In this document: positions 38,151-50,721 of the stretch, piece by piece
Position numbering within the stretch: the stretch's first letter is position 1
How the letters are laid out: every line of letters starts with the position of its first letter
DNA from: an uncultured Mariniphaga sp.
GTDB taxonomy: Bacteria; Bacteroidota; Bacteroidia; Bacteroidales; Prolixibacteraceae
Direction of reading: 5' to 3'
Length of the DNA: 64,000 nucleotides
NCBI GenBank assembly: GCA_964575025.1
Contig: CAZNPV010000008.1
Span: forward strand, 11,727-75,726
Made by a program: the position numbers and the translations under genes
Notes under the pieces: model-generated
The model's input: the letters and a program-made list of their open reading frames with translations, nothing else
The model's database searches: none
What the model was told of the DNA's origin: nothing

Positions 38151-38266
38151 AATACCATAGAGTTGCACAAAAAATTTTCAAACAGCTTCAGGATGGTGTC
38201 ACCTCTTATCCCTAAAACCGGGCAGAGGATAAGAAATGATTTCTTTTATGAGAAAAAACCCTTTAA

Positions 38267-40861
<2,595 letters not shown>

Positions 40862-40941
40862 TTGTTTGGACCGGTTTATTCACCTATAAGCAAAGATGGA
40901 ATCATGGCATACCAATATCTTTTGTTATTTTTACAATCTTT

Positions 40942-41445
40942 ATGACCTTTAAGAAAAAAATAGCGAACTACCTGTTGAAAAGCAAGTACCGGAAAATCAA
41001 AAGGGAAGTCAGAATTTCCGGGATTGGCAACCACAGGAAAGTGGGTGTTCTCTGGCATATCAATGACAGGGAAGCTTTCCGTTACATCACGGATTTCCTG
41101 AAAAACAAACCGGTCATCTTACGGAACCTTTGTTACACAGACAATACAGAAGAACCCTTTCCAGGGTCCTTTAACAAAAAGGAAACCAATTTTCTGGGGT
41201 TTCCAAAAAAGAGTGTTATGGATCGGTTCATGGAATTTGAATATGACCTGCTGTTTCTTATTACCCTGACACCCTGCTTTCCCCTGGAAGCAATAACAGC
41301 CCTGACAAAGGCACATTTTAAAATTGGCCCGGCTTTCGGGCAGGTTGATTATCTGGACCTCTCCATCGATACAGGGGATAATAAGAATTCCCTTTACCTG
41401 GTAAAACAACAGATTTATTACATTGAACAATTCAGCAAAACATAA
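40942..41445 (+). CDS. Hypothetical protein
   Basis: 167-aa ORF just upstream of dapA. No motif recognised. Confidence 0.5.
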   Translation: MTFKKKIANYLLKSKYRKIKREVRISGIGNHRKVGVLWHINDREAFRYITDFLKNKPVILRNLCYTDNTEEPFPGSFNKKETNFLGFPKKSVMDRFMEFEYDLLFLITLTPCFPLEAITALTKAHFKIGPAFGQVDYLDLSIDTGDNKNSLYLVKQQIYYIEQFSKT

Positions 41446-41451
41446 AACAAC

Positions 41452-42333
41452 ATGGATTCACTTTTTAAGGGCGCAGGAGTAGCCCTGATCACTCCATTCA
41501 AAGAAGACAAATCAGTCGATTACGAAACCCTGGGAACGATTGTTAAAAACCAGCTTTCGAACCAGATGGATTACCTGGTAGCCCTGGGAACAACAGCAGA
41601 AACGCCGACCCTCACAGGGAACGAAAAACAGCATGTGGTACGGTGTGTGACAGAGCATGCCGCAGGAAAGGTGCCGGTTGTGGTTGGCATGGGAGGAAAC
41701 AGTACGAAAGCCGTGATTCAGGACATGAAAAAATTTGACCTGACCGGCGTTGATGGACTGCTGATTGTGACACCTTACTATAACAAACCTTCCCAGGAAG
41801 GACTGTACAAACATTTCAAAACTCTTTCAGAAGAGAGTCCGCTTCCCATTATTCTCTATAATGTCCCCTCGCGAACCGGGGTAAACATGAAGGCTAAAAC
41901 AACCATCCGGCTGGCTTCCGAATGCAAAAATATTGTGGCCATCAAAGAAGCCTCGGGTAATTTTTCCCAGTTCAGCATGATTGAAAAATATACACCCGAT
42001 GATTTTCTGTTGATTTCCGGTGACGATGCCGTAGCCCTTCCGGTTTTATCCATTGGAGGAAAAGGGGTGATCTCGGTCATTGCCAATTGCTATCCCGGAA
42101 AAATCAGTGCCTTGATTCATGCCGGCTTAAACGAAAATTTTTCAGAATCCCTGAAAATCCACAGGGAGTTGATCGACCTGATAAAATTGATCTTCAGAGA
42201 AGGAAATCCGTGTGGAGTGAAAGCCCTGATGCATGCCAAAGGAATCTGTCACAATGTGGTACGAAGCCCCCTGAACGAGGTTTCAAAGGATTTATATGCT
42301 GAAATTGAAGAAGCAGTGAAGCAAATCGGATAA
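41452..42333 (+). CDS. dapA: 4-hydroxy-tetrahydrodipicolinate synthase
   Basis: 293 aa. GVALITPF, GTTAE and IKEASG (active-site Lys context) are typical of DapA. Confidence 0.95.
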   Translation: MDSLFKGAGVALITPFKEDKSVDYETLGTIVKNQLSNQMDYLVALGTTAETPTLTGNEKQHVVRCVTEHAAGKVPVVVGMGGNSTKAVIQDMKKFDLTGVDGLLIVTPYYNKPSQEGLYKHFKTLSEESPLPIILYNVPSRTGVNMKAKTTIRLASECKNIVAIKEASGNFSQFSMIEKYTPDDFLLISGDDAVALPVLSIGGKGVISVIANCYPGKISALIHAGLNENFSESLKIHRELIDLIKLIFREGNPCGVKALMHAKGICHNVVRSPLNEVSKDLYAEIEEAVKQIG

Positions 42334-42474
42334 AGAAATGCTTCCCATTTAAGGTCTCCGTACTATTCCTATGAAAACCGGAACCGGGAAAATAAAACAG
42401 GACCTCCCCGACCACCGAAGCCTTTGGCGAAGAACTCAGCAACACGCGGAAAGGACATAGATTTTCAGTATATT

Positions 42475-44661
42475 TTACACCTCCAGATTGGTAAATTCCC
42501 TGGTAATATCAAATTCATATTCAGGGTATTCATATAACGGCATCCGGGGTTCGGTCTGGCCGATGGAATAGCAGTATAATCCGGTATAATCGTTTCGGTT
42601 CTCCCCCATTTCTTCCAGTTGATTCAGGTATTCGCTGATGGATTTGGATTCAATGATGATCACTTTCCCCATTTTATGGATAATCGGGCTGTGACTTCGG
42701 GTTTGGTCATGGTCGAATTCCAGGATCCGCCGTCCATATCTTGTGATTCCTATCACACGGAAGGTAAGGCTTTTACCGACACCCGGAAGATTTAACACAT
42801 TCCGGTCAGTAGCCAAAAAAGGAATTTTCTCTTTATGGCGTATCTCATTGATCTGATCAATCATCTTAGGGGCATCATGTGTCAGGTTCCGTATATTTTC
42901 CAGTTCATTTTCAGGAATCTCCCCAAGCTGTTTTTCTTCCGTTTGTTCCTGTACGGCACGTGCATTGGGAGCAAAATTGTTGCTGTTCTCCATGTATCCC
43001 TTTACCGTAAAGGTGTAGTAATTCAGAACCCCAACGTCATTCAGTACTTTCCTCAGTTTAGCTGTATGTCCTCTTCGTGAAGCTGCAGCAGTAAAGACCA
43101 ACTGATTTGTCACAGCCCATCCTGCTGACAAAAGCTTTGTGATTGCCTTTGCAGCTTCCGGAGTGACCTCCATGGGAGATTCGAAGTGGGTTTGAACAAC
43201 GAATTGTTTGATGCCTATGCGGGAAGCCTTCTTTTTGAATGCTTTAAGAACCTGAATTAATTCATCGGTAATCCGGAAAGGAATGTACACCGGCAAACGG
43301 GTTCCCAGCCTGATGCGTACTATTTCCGCATATTTTTCCCCGTTTTTTCTTTTTTCATTGGCTTCTTTTTTCCGGAGAGCCATTTCATAGATGCCATCCA
43401 GAATTTTTTTCAGCGCATGGTCTGAACTCATCAAGGCATCGCCTCCTGTAATCAGGATATCGCGCAACTGGGAATCGTTTTCAAAATAGTCCATCAGATG
43501 CTTCAGTTTCTCCTCCCAGGTTTCGTTGGGTCTCAGCTTATTGAGGTTAAAATTGAGGTGACCCCGTTGAAAATCATACATTCGCTGGCAAATAGCACAC
43601 AATCCTCCACAGGCACGGCCCTGGGTATCCGGTATCAGAATGGCTACTTCAGGATAACGCCGGTGAATGCTATACAAATAGGGTAAGATCCAACCTGCTG
43701 CATTGGGTTCACCCACTTTCACAGTATCTTCCTTTTCCCAGGCCACAATATTCCCGAATTCATCAACCAGTTGCTGGCTGTACAAAACATAACACCGGAT
43801 AGCCAGATCGGAACTGCTGGTAAAACCCGGTATCCTGACGTTCAACAAGGATAAATAATACGGATTGACAAAAAATGGAATTCCTATACTCCGAGCTTCA
43901 TACAAAATTTTCATGGTATCCGGGTCCAGCGAATAGTCCAGCATCTCATTTAACAAATCGGGATTCCGGACAGCAAACTGAAGGTGAAAGGTTGATTCGT
44001 TCCACCATTCATTCATCCGTTGGACTTTTTGTTCGTGTGTTAAACCCGGTTCAAACTGATATTTCGGACGGTTGATCTCCCCTTTTTCTATTTTATCAAT
44101 CAGGATATGAATAATGCGGGATTTATTATTTTCCCGAAGTTTCACAATGCGGGGATCCAATCCCGAAGGAAAACGTTTCATCCATTTTTCAATCTTCTCA
44201 CGGTCAGGGATCTCTTTTTCCTGAACTCCTCGTAACTGTCTGAAGAGTTGCAACATATCCCTGAAAAAACCAGGTCTGGCCCCACCGGTGCCAAAATTCA
44301 CTGCCAGCCAAAGCATACGGATCGGATTAGAAACGGCTATCTCTCCGCGGAGATTCTGATCCCTGAATTCCTGGCCGGCATGATCCATATAATCCAGTAT
44401 GCGAATAAGGGCATAGTCTTTCCAGCGTAAGGAATGAAAGCTCTCCAGCGTGTTATCTTTCCCTTTATAGAATGTTACAGCTGCCGGATTTGCTTCCAGT
44501 TCAGGATATACCCAGTTGCGTATTCGAACCATTGCTTCTTCCAAACTTGCGGAAGTACGGAGAATATCTCCAAGAACAGGATTTTCTTTTAACAGAAGTT
44601 GAAGCAGCTTATGGGAAGGTATATTGATTGCAACTTTATCAAGTGATGTCAGATCATTCAT
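42475..44661 (-). CDS. Large KamA-family (lysine 2,3-aminomutase-like) radical SAM protein
   Basis: 728 aa. CGGLCAIC (CX3CX2C), ILITGGDALM and PFFVNPYYLSLL are KamA-type motifs. About 200-aa extensions are present at both ends. Confidence 0.75.
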   Translation of the reverse strand: MNDLTSLDKVAINIPSHKLLQLLLKENPVLGDILRTSASLEEAMVRIRNWVYPELEANPAAVTFYKGKDNTLESFHSLRWKDYALIRILDYMDHAGQEFRDQNLRGEIAVSNPIRMLWLAVNFGTGGARPGFFRDMLQLFRQLRGVQEKEIPDREKIEKWMKRFPSGLDPRIVKLRENNKSRIIHILIDKIEKGEINRPKYQFEPGLTHEQKVQRMNEWWNESTFHLQFAVRNPDLLNEMLDYSLDPDTMKILYEARSIGIPFFVNPYYLSLLNVRIPGFTSSSDLAIRCYVLYSQQLVDEFGNIVAWEKEDTVKVGEPNAAGWILPYLYSIHRRYPEVAILIPDTQGRACGGLCAICQRMYDFQRGHLNFNLNKLRPNETWEEKLKHLMDYFENDSQLRDILITGGDALMSSDHALKKILDGIYEMALRKKEANEKRKNGEKYAEIVRIRLGTRLPVYIPFRITDELIQVLKAFKKKASRIGIKQFVVQTHFESPMEVTPEAAKAITKLLSAGWAVTNQLVFTAAASRRGHTAKLRKVLNDVGVLNYYTFTVKGYMENSNNFAPNARAVQEQTEEKQLGEIPENELENIRNLTHDAPKMIDQINEIRHKEKIPFLATDRNVLNLPGVGKSLTFRVIGITRYGRRILEFDHDQTRSHSPIIHKMGKVIIIESKSISEYLNQLEEMGENRNDYTGLYCYSIGQTEPRMPLYEYPEYEFDITREFTNLEV

Positions 44662-44753
44662 GCCTTTAATCTTTATAATTTATAGAATCAATTCGTGTAC
44701 GTATTTAAAATACACAAAAAGATGAAAAGTTCAAAAAAAAAAGCAGGTAATTC

Positions 44754-45989
44754 TTATTTGCAGGCCAGATCAGCCATTACCGATTCCATTATTTTCTTCA
44801 TATAAGATATCCGCTGGGGAGAAAGCCGGCTTCGTCGTTTCTTCAGGTAGGCAATACTTAAAGGAGAATAGGATTCTGTTTTTTTCATAAACCCGGGGCT
44901 GAAAAATGATCCATTCAGCAGGATTGTTTCCAGGAGCATTGTTTCCACACTTTTTTTAATCAGGCTTTTGTACACAGGAATTTTATAGCCTCCAAAAGAA
45001 TCCAGGTGATTAAAAACCTTTTCCCCGAAATGCAATGTTTTAGCAGCGAGTACATCGCGGGTTTTATTTTCAGATTCAGTGGAAAACAGGGTATGCTGGC
45101 CGGTTTCCTGATCCTGGTTCACATCCTGCATATCGTCAAGCAGTTGAAGGGTTACACCAAACCCGAAACAAAACCGTTCAAGGTTGGGAGGCAGATCGCC
45201 TGCCACCAGATAGCCATCTGCCAATACGGATGTCCCCCCCTTTTCAAAACTGATTTGTAGAATTTTTTCTCCGTTCAGGTGAGCTTCCGGTTCAATAAGA
45301 CGAAGGCTCCGGGTTTGTGCATCATGGATGGCCAAAAGACTGGCATATACTTTGGGATATCGTTCTCTGTTGAACTGTCCCTCAATCATTTCAACCAGCC
45401 TGAAGATACTTGTTTCGTGTTCATTTTGAGGGGTTACATCCTGACCACACAGTCTGGCCCTGAAACGTTTCGTAAATTCCATTTTTACCTGACGGCTGAT
45501 GGCCTGGTTGTCCAGATAGTTATCGCTGTAGGGATACAACATGCTGTAGGCAAATACAGAAGGAGTCAATTCCATTTTATACCCCATCATGAACTGAATC
45601 CCGTTCATGATCCACGCATTCCGGCAGGCCTGAAAAATATCGTCCAGATCAATGGCCGGATCAAACTGCCGGCTCATGCGGACAAAATCTTTGGTTATCT
45701 GTTTGTACGCTCCCGAAAAGATAACATCCAGCTGTTCCTCATTGAAATCAAAAACGGATTGGAAAAGAAACCTGGCCTGCGGAGTTAATTTTTCTTCAGG
45801 CCCCGATTTAATTTTTCCGCGGTTGGTACGGGTATTAAGTTTTTCGATAAATCCTTCAAAATATTGCTCCCTTTCTTTTTTTTCCTTTGCAGGGTACTGT
45901 TTTTCAAATACGGGTAAGTACGGTTCACATTGTGACCAGATCCTGATAAAATAATCCGTCAAACAGGGTACCGAAAGAAGTGATTGCAT
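44754..45989 (-). CDS. Hypothetical protein with isoprenoid-synthase-like Asp-rich motifs
   Basis: 411 aa, predicted all-helical. SDNYLD and DDMQD lie about 130 residues apart, as in trans-IPPS/squalene-phytoene synthase-type folds. Assignment is tentative. Confidence 0.4.
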   Translation of the reverse strand: MQSLLSVPCLTDYFIRIWSQCEPYLPVFEKQYPAKEKKEREQYFEGFIEKLNTRTNRGKIKSGPEEKLTPQARFLFQSVFDFNEEQLDVIFSGAYKQITKDFVRMSRQFDPAIDLDDIFQACRNAWIMNGIQFMMGYKMELTPSVFAYSMLYPYSDNYLDNQAISRQVKMEFTKRFRARLCGQDVTPQNEHETSIFRLVEMIEGQFNRERYPKVYASLLAIHDAQTRSLRLIEPEAHLNGEKILQISFEKGGTSVLADGYLVAGDLPPNLERFCFGFGVTLQLLDDMQDVNQDQETGQHTLFSTESENKTRDVLAAKTLHFGEKVFNHLDSFGGYKIPVYKSLIKKSVETMLLETILLNGSFFSPGFMKKTESYSPLSIAYLKKRRSRLSPQRISYMKKIMESVMADLACK

Positions 45990-46131
45990 AGACTAAATGG
46001 TTTTTAGGATCGCATTTGCAGGCAATACCGGTAAATCCGTTAAATTAAAACATTCCCTCGAGTCAGGCAATATTTTTCCGTTAAACGGGAAGAATCCGGG
46101 GACGTACAAAAGATTTCAGCAGATAAGAAAA

Positions 46132-46842
46132 TCAGGCTATGTTGTTAAATACTGCCTGGACATCGTCATCTTCTTCGAGTTTATCCAAAAGTTTCTCAAT
46201 TTCTTCCAGTTGTTCCTCAGTAAATTCCACCGGGTTGTTCGGGATTCGTTGGAGGGATGCTTTTTTCACTTCAATTCCCAGGTCTTCAAAAGCTTTTGAC
46301 AAGTCTCCGAAGTTGGTATAGTCGGCATAGGCATACACAATCCCTTCATTTTCATCCATTTCTTCCAGCCCTGCATCGATGAGGCCGAGTTCCAGTTCAT
46401 CCATTCCAGGGGTGTCAGGTTTTTCAAATTCAAAAACGGCTTTACGGGAAAACATAAATTCAAGCGATCCTGTGGGAACCAGGGCTCCTCCGGATTTGTT
46501 AAAATAATTTTTTATATTGGCCACTGTCCGGGTTGGATTATCGGTAGCGCATTCAACCATAATCAACACTCCATGCGGTCCTTTGCCCTCGTATAGTACT
46601 TCAGCGTAATGCGCGGCATCTTTCCCTGAGGCTCTTTTTATAGCTGCATCGATATTCGCCTTGGGCATGTTTTGGGCTTTGGCATTTAGAATTGCTGTTC
46701 GTAAAGCTGCATTCATATCCGGATCAGGGCCTCCCTCTTTGGCTGCTATCGTAATCGCTTTTCCCAGTTTCGGAAAAATCCGTGACATTTTATCCCAGCG
46801 TTTTTCTTTCGCTGCCCTCCGGTATTCAAATGCTCTTCCCAT
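46132..46842 (-). CDS. yebC: YebC/PmpR family DNA-binding regulator
   Basis: 236 aa. [20 protein letters not shown]... is a canonical YebC N-terminus. Confidence 0.95.
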   Translation of the reverse strand: MGRAFEYRRAAKEKRWDKMSRIFPKLGKAITIAAKEGGPDPDMNAALRTAILNAKAQNMPKANIDAAIKRASGKDAAHYAEVLYEGKGPHGVLIMVECATDNPTRTVANIKNYFNKSGGALVPTGSLEFMFSRKAVFEFEKPDTPGMDELELGLIDAGLEEMDENEGIVYAYADYTNFGDLSKAFEDLGIEVKKASLQRIPNNPVEFTEEQLEEIEKLLDKLEEDDDVQAVFNNIA

Positions 46843-46939
46843 TATTTATAATTTTCCTGGTTACGAAAATAATACCAAAACAAATTGAAAACAAATTTAT
46901 GCATCAGGGATCATCGTTGTTCTCCTGTTTGTTTACCTG

Positions 46940-48364
46940 CTATTCCTGTTCCCTGTGGGAAAGGATAATATCAACGGGATACGTATTCCGCAGGTATTCA
47001 GACACTTTCTCCGCTGCATACACCGACCGGTGCTGTCCGCCGGTGCAGCCAAAACTAACCGAGAGATGAGTAAAATCCCGTTCCAGGTATTTTTCCACTG
47101 CCTGAGTGATAAGCTTTTTTACCGAATCCAGAAATTCTGCCATTTCCGTTTTTGTTTCCAGAAAGGTTATTACCTCCTTATCCTGGCCCGTCAGATTCTT
47201 AAATTCCTTATACCTCCCCGGATTATGGATTGCACGGCAATCGAACACAAATCCTCCCCCGTTCCCGGACGGATCAGCCGGAATACCCTTTTTATAGGAA
47301 AAACTGGTAATCCGCACGGTCAAGTCCTTTCCGGAAGCTCCTATCTGATGCAATACGCTTGATTCCGGAAGTTTCTTTAAGATATTCTTCAACTCCGGAA
47401 TCTGTACCGGAAGATCCATTCCCGAGAGCAAATACTCCAGGTTACGAAGGGCATAGGGGATGCTTTTCAGGAAATGTTCCTTTTTTTCATAAAATCCCCT
47501 GAAACCATACGCTCCCATTGCCTGCATGATTCTGATCAACACAAATCCGTCAAAATATTTCCGGAAAGTCGTTGGATCAGAAGGCGTTATTTTCTGTAGT
47601 TCATTCAGATAAAAACCGTATAATTCTTCCCGTACCGGGGGAGGAATATCCGCTTTGCCATCATACAGCAGGGAAGCCAGGTCGTATTGTAAGGCTCCTT
47701 TCCTGCCCCCCTGGTAATCGATAAAATATACCCGGTTGTTTTTTAACATGATATTCCTCGATTGAAAATCGCGGAAAAGAAAATAGGAATGGTCTGCCGT
47801 CAGCAGAAAATCACTTAACACCTGGAAGTCATCTTCAAGAGCCTGTTCATCAAAAGGTATTTGCGCCAGCTTCAGGAAATAGTATTTAAAATAGTTCAGG
47901 TCCCACATCATGGATTGTTTGTCGAAAGCCGCCCTGGGATAGCAAACCGAATAATCGATATCTCTGCCGGCCAGAACCTGAATACGGGGTAACTGAACCA
48001 GTACTTTCCTGTATTGAGCCACAATGCGGTCTGAAAAATCCCTGCCGGTACGTTCCTTACTTAAAAAATCGAATAACGTAGTATCTCCCAGATCTTCAAT
48101 CAAATAATAGGTCCGGCTGTCTCCCACTGCATAAATTTGCGGTACCGGAATAGTGTTTTTCATAAAATGGCCTGAAAAAGATAAAAAAGCCTCATTCTCT
48201 TTTACATCCCCATTAAAAGCACCGATAGCTGTTCGGTTTTCACTGTGTAACCGGCAATATTCACGGTAGGATCCGGATGAGGGCAAATCTTCCACATTCC
48301 GGACTTTTTCAGAGAAAGTGGATTCAAATAAGCGAATAATTTTATGGATTGCTTCGGGCTTCAA
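46940..48364 (-). CDS. Fusion protein: AmgK/APH-like sugar kinase domain + RapZ C-terminal domain
   Basis: 474 aa. N-terminal FRDFQSRNIML...FIDYQGG..GALQYDLASLLYD (APH/COG3178 kinase signature). C-terminal ...FDCRAIHNPGR...GCTGGQHRSVY (RapZ C-domain signature). Confidence 0.65.
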   Translation of the reverse strand: MKPEAIHKIIRLFESTFSEKVRNVEDLPSSGSYREYCRLHSENRTAIGAFNGDVKENEAFLSFSGHFMKNTIPVPQIYAVGDSRTYYLIEDLGDTTLFDFLSKERTGRDFSDRIVAQYRKVLVQLPRIQVLAGRDIDYSVCYPRAAFDKQSMMWDLNYFKYYFLKLAQIPFDEQALEDDFQVLSDFLLTADHSYFLFRDFQSRNIMLKNNRVYFIDYQGGRKGALQYDLASLLYDGKADIPPPVREELYGFYLNELQKITPSDPTTFRKYFDGFVLIRIMQAMGAYGFRGFYEKKEHFLKSIPYALRNLEYLLSGMDLPVQIPELKNILKKLPESSVLHQIGASGKDLTVRITSFSYKKGIPADPSGNGGGFVFDCRAIHNPGRYKEFKNLTGQDKEVITFLETKTEMAEFLDSVKKLITQAVEKYLERDFTHLSVSFGCTGGQHRSVYAAEKVSEYLRNTYPVDIILSHREQE

Positions 48365-48423
48365 TAGGTCTTTTTAAAAGTTAAACACTATTTTTATTCA
48401 GAATTTCATACAATAGTACCTGA

Positions 48424-49146
48424 ATGGTCAAAATAAAAACCAAAAATATTCAAATTTTAAAACTTCTCAGGTATTTCCTGCGAATAAACGGAGCAATTTT
48501 CGTTACAGGTATTATCCTGGCTTTTACAACACTCCCCTATTGGGGATATCATTGGTTGGGAACGAGCAAAACGATGCGTATCAGCGAACCGGAAGCCATT
48601 GTTCTGCTGGGAGGAGGTGGTATGCCCAGTCAGTCAAACCTTATGCGAAGCTGGTATGCTGCCCTAGCAGCTGTTAATTTTCCGGAGTCTGACGTTTTTG
48701 TGGTCATGCCCGGCGACCTTACGGATTCCACAAGTACCCCCCGGAAAATGAAAAATGAGTTGATCCTTAGAGGAGTTCAACCGGATAAAATCTGTTTTGA
48801 GGGAAAAGGCACCAATACACGCTCGCAGGCTTTGAATTGCAGGAGTTTACTGAAACCAGAAAAAAGCATTCTTCTCATAACCTCGCCTGAACATATGAGA
48901 CGTGCCATATTATGCTTTCAAAAGGTTGGATTTGTGCATGTGAATGGCTTCCCTGCCTTTGAAGAGGCGGCTGAAGCTGACTTCTCGTTTACCGATGACG
49001 AACTGGGAGGAAACAAAACACTGATCCCGGATGTAGGGAAAAATACATCCCTCCGTTACCAGGTGTGGAACCATCTGACATATGAAATTTTCATTATCAG
49101 AGAATTCCTGGCATTGGGGTATTACAAAATAAGAGGTTGGATATGA
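48424..49146 (+). CDS. YdcF/DUF218 family protein (ElyC/SanA-like)
   Basis: 240 aa. N-terminal TM helix, then IVLLGGG...ITSPEHMRRA, which is typical of DUF218. Confidence 0.7.
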   Translation: MVKIKTKNIQILKLLRYFLRINGAIFVTGIILAFTTLPYWGYHWLGTSKTMRISEPEAIVLLGGGGMPSQSNLMRSWYAALAAVNFPESDVFVVMPGDLTDSTSTPRKMKNELILRGVQPDKICFEGKGTNTRSQALNCRSLLKPEKSILLITSPEHMRRAILCFQKVGFVHVNGFPAFEEAAEADFSFTDDELGGNKTLIPDVGKNTSLRYQVWNHLTYEIFIIREFLALGYYKIRGWI

Positions 49147-49167
49147 AAAATGATAATTTTTTGACCC

Positions 49168-49917
49168 ATGCAATTAACAGCAATCATACCGACTCTCAAT
49201 GAAGAGAAGAAGATCAGGGGGGCCCTGGAATCGGTTTCCTTTGCGGACGAAATGCTGGTAATCGACTCGCTGAGCAGGGATCGTACGGCGGATATAGCCC
49301 GTAATGCCGGTGCCAGGGTGATAGAACATCCCTTTGATAATTTTTCAGCACAAAAAAACAAGGCCATCGAACAGGCAACAAATGACTGGATATTCGTGCT
49401 GGATGCCGATGAACGCATCCCCGGGGAACTTCAGGAGGAGATAAAAATGCTCCTGAAAAAGCAACCTGAACACGATGCCTACTGGATATACCGCAGAAAT
49501 TATTTTTTGGGCAAAGAAGTCTGCTTCAGCGGATGGCAACACGACAGAGTAATCCGGTTGTTTCGAAAACAAACCTGCCGGTATAACCATAAACGGGTCC
49601 ATGAAGAAATTGAAACCACAGGATCCTGCGGGTTCCTGAAAAATAAACTGGACCATTACACATGTGCTGATCTTGATGAATACAAAAAAAAAATGGATCA
49701 CTACGCTCAACTCCAGGCTGAGGAACTGTTTCAGAAAAATGCAACGATTACACCTTTTCATTCCCTTTTTAAACCCGCTTTCCGGTTTTTCCGGCACTAT
49801 GTTTTACAGCAGGGATTTCGTGACGGCTGCACAGGATATACCATTGCACGCCTCCAGGCCTATGTAGTATTTAAACGATATGCAGAACTAAAGGTCCTGC
49901 AGAAACAAAAAGGATGA
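49168..49917 (+). CDS. Glycosyltransferase family 2 (LPS-core type, WaaE/KdtX-like)
   Basis: 249 aa. TAIIPTLNEE...LVIDSLSRDRT...VLDADE (DxD) is the GT2 signature. Confidence 0.8.
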   Translation: MQLTAIIPTLNEEKKIRGALESVSFADEMLVIDSLSRDRTADIARNAGARVIEHPFDNFSAQKNKAIEQATNDWIFVLDADERIPGELQEEIKMLLKKQPEHDAYWIYRRNYFLGKEVCFSGWQHDRVIRLFRKQTCRYNHKRVHEEIETTGSCGFLKNKLDHYTCADLDEYKKKMDHYAQLQAEELFQKNATITPFHSLFKPAFRFFRHYVLQQGFRDGCTGYTIARLQAYVVFKRYAELKVLQKQKG

Positions 49918-50031
49918 AACCCCTAAGGCAGTTATAAACACGATTCTGCTTATAAAAAAAAACGGAGATCTTTTTTTTTTAATAAAAAAGATCTACTTTA
50001 GAAGTGGCAATTTATACCTGATTGAACAACT

Positions 50032-50613
50032 TTGAACATGCGGCTCACTACAACGTTGCTTGGTGCATTGGTTTTGCTGGTTTCCGGATTGGGTGCTTTT
50101 GCGCAAAACGTGAATTCCGCTGAGAACAATTGCCGGATCATCATACCGGAAGTAGCCCTGGTCAGTGTCCTATCCAATAATTCAGAATCGATTGTCCTGC
50201 AACCTGCAATTCCTGACGAAGCAGGACTTGTACTTGATTTTTCCAATGCCCGGAAAAGCGATGCGTGGATTAATTATTCATCTATATTGGCAGGAAACGG
50301 GTTACAATCCAGAAGCCTGAGTGCCAAAATTAACCAGACAATACCCCCCGGGCTGCTTTTAAAAATCAGGGCATCCGGCGATGCCGGTCAGGGTGCAGGA
50401 AAACGTGGAGTGCCGGCAGGTGAAATTATTCTCTCCAATACCTATCAGCCTGTTATAACTGGAATCGGTAGCGGATATACCGGGGCCGGATTAAACAAAG
50501 GACATCTGCTTACCTATTCACTCGAGTTGGGAGAACCAGAGAATTACGGGGATCTTTTGCACCAGAAAGACCTTACATTCACCGTTATTTTTACCTTAAT
50601 TGACGATATATAA
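50032..50613 (+). CDS. Secreted putative fibre/adhesin subunit, paralog A
   Basis: 193 aa, signal peptide ...AFAQ. Shares IPEVAL, WINYSS, TIPPG, GIGSGYTGAGLNKGHLLTYSL and C-terminal VIFTLIDD with paralogs B and C. Confidence 0.6.
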   Translation: MNMRLTTTLLGALVLLVSGLGAFAQNVNSAENNCRIIIPEVALVSVLSNNSESIVLQPAIPDEAGLVLDFSNARKSDAWINYSSILAGNGLQSRSLSAKINQTIPPGLLLKIRASGDAGQGAGKRGVPAGEIILSNTYQPVITGIGSGYTGAGLNKGHLLTYSLELGEPENYGDLLHQKDLTFTVIFTLIDDI

Positions 50614-50681
50614 TTCCCCTCTCAGGAATTTCGCAGGCTGATTTCAGGATTTTCCCCATTCAACAAGATCTGATTTAACCC

Positions 50682-50689
50682 TACCTTTG
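50682..50689 (+). promoter_or_regulatory. Bacteroidota-type -7 promoter box (TACCTTTG, consensus TAnnTTTG)
   Basis: Located 33 nt upstream of the ATG at 50722. Confidence 0.4.
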
Positions 50690-50721
50690 CACAAGTTGTT
50701 TTAGGCACTGTTTTTATTCCT

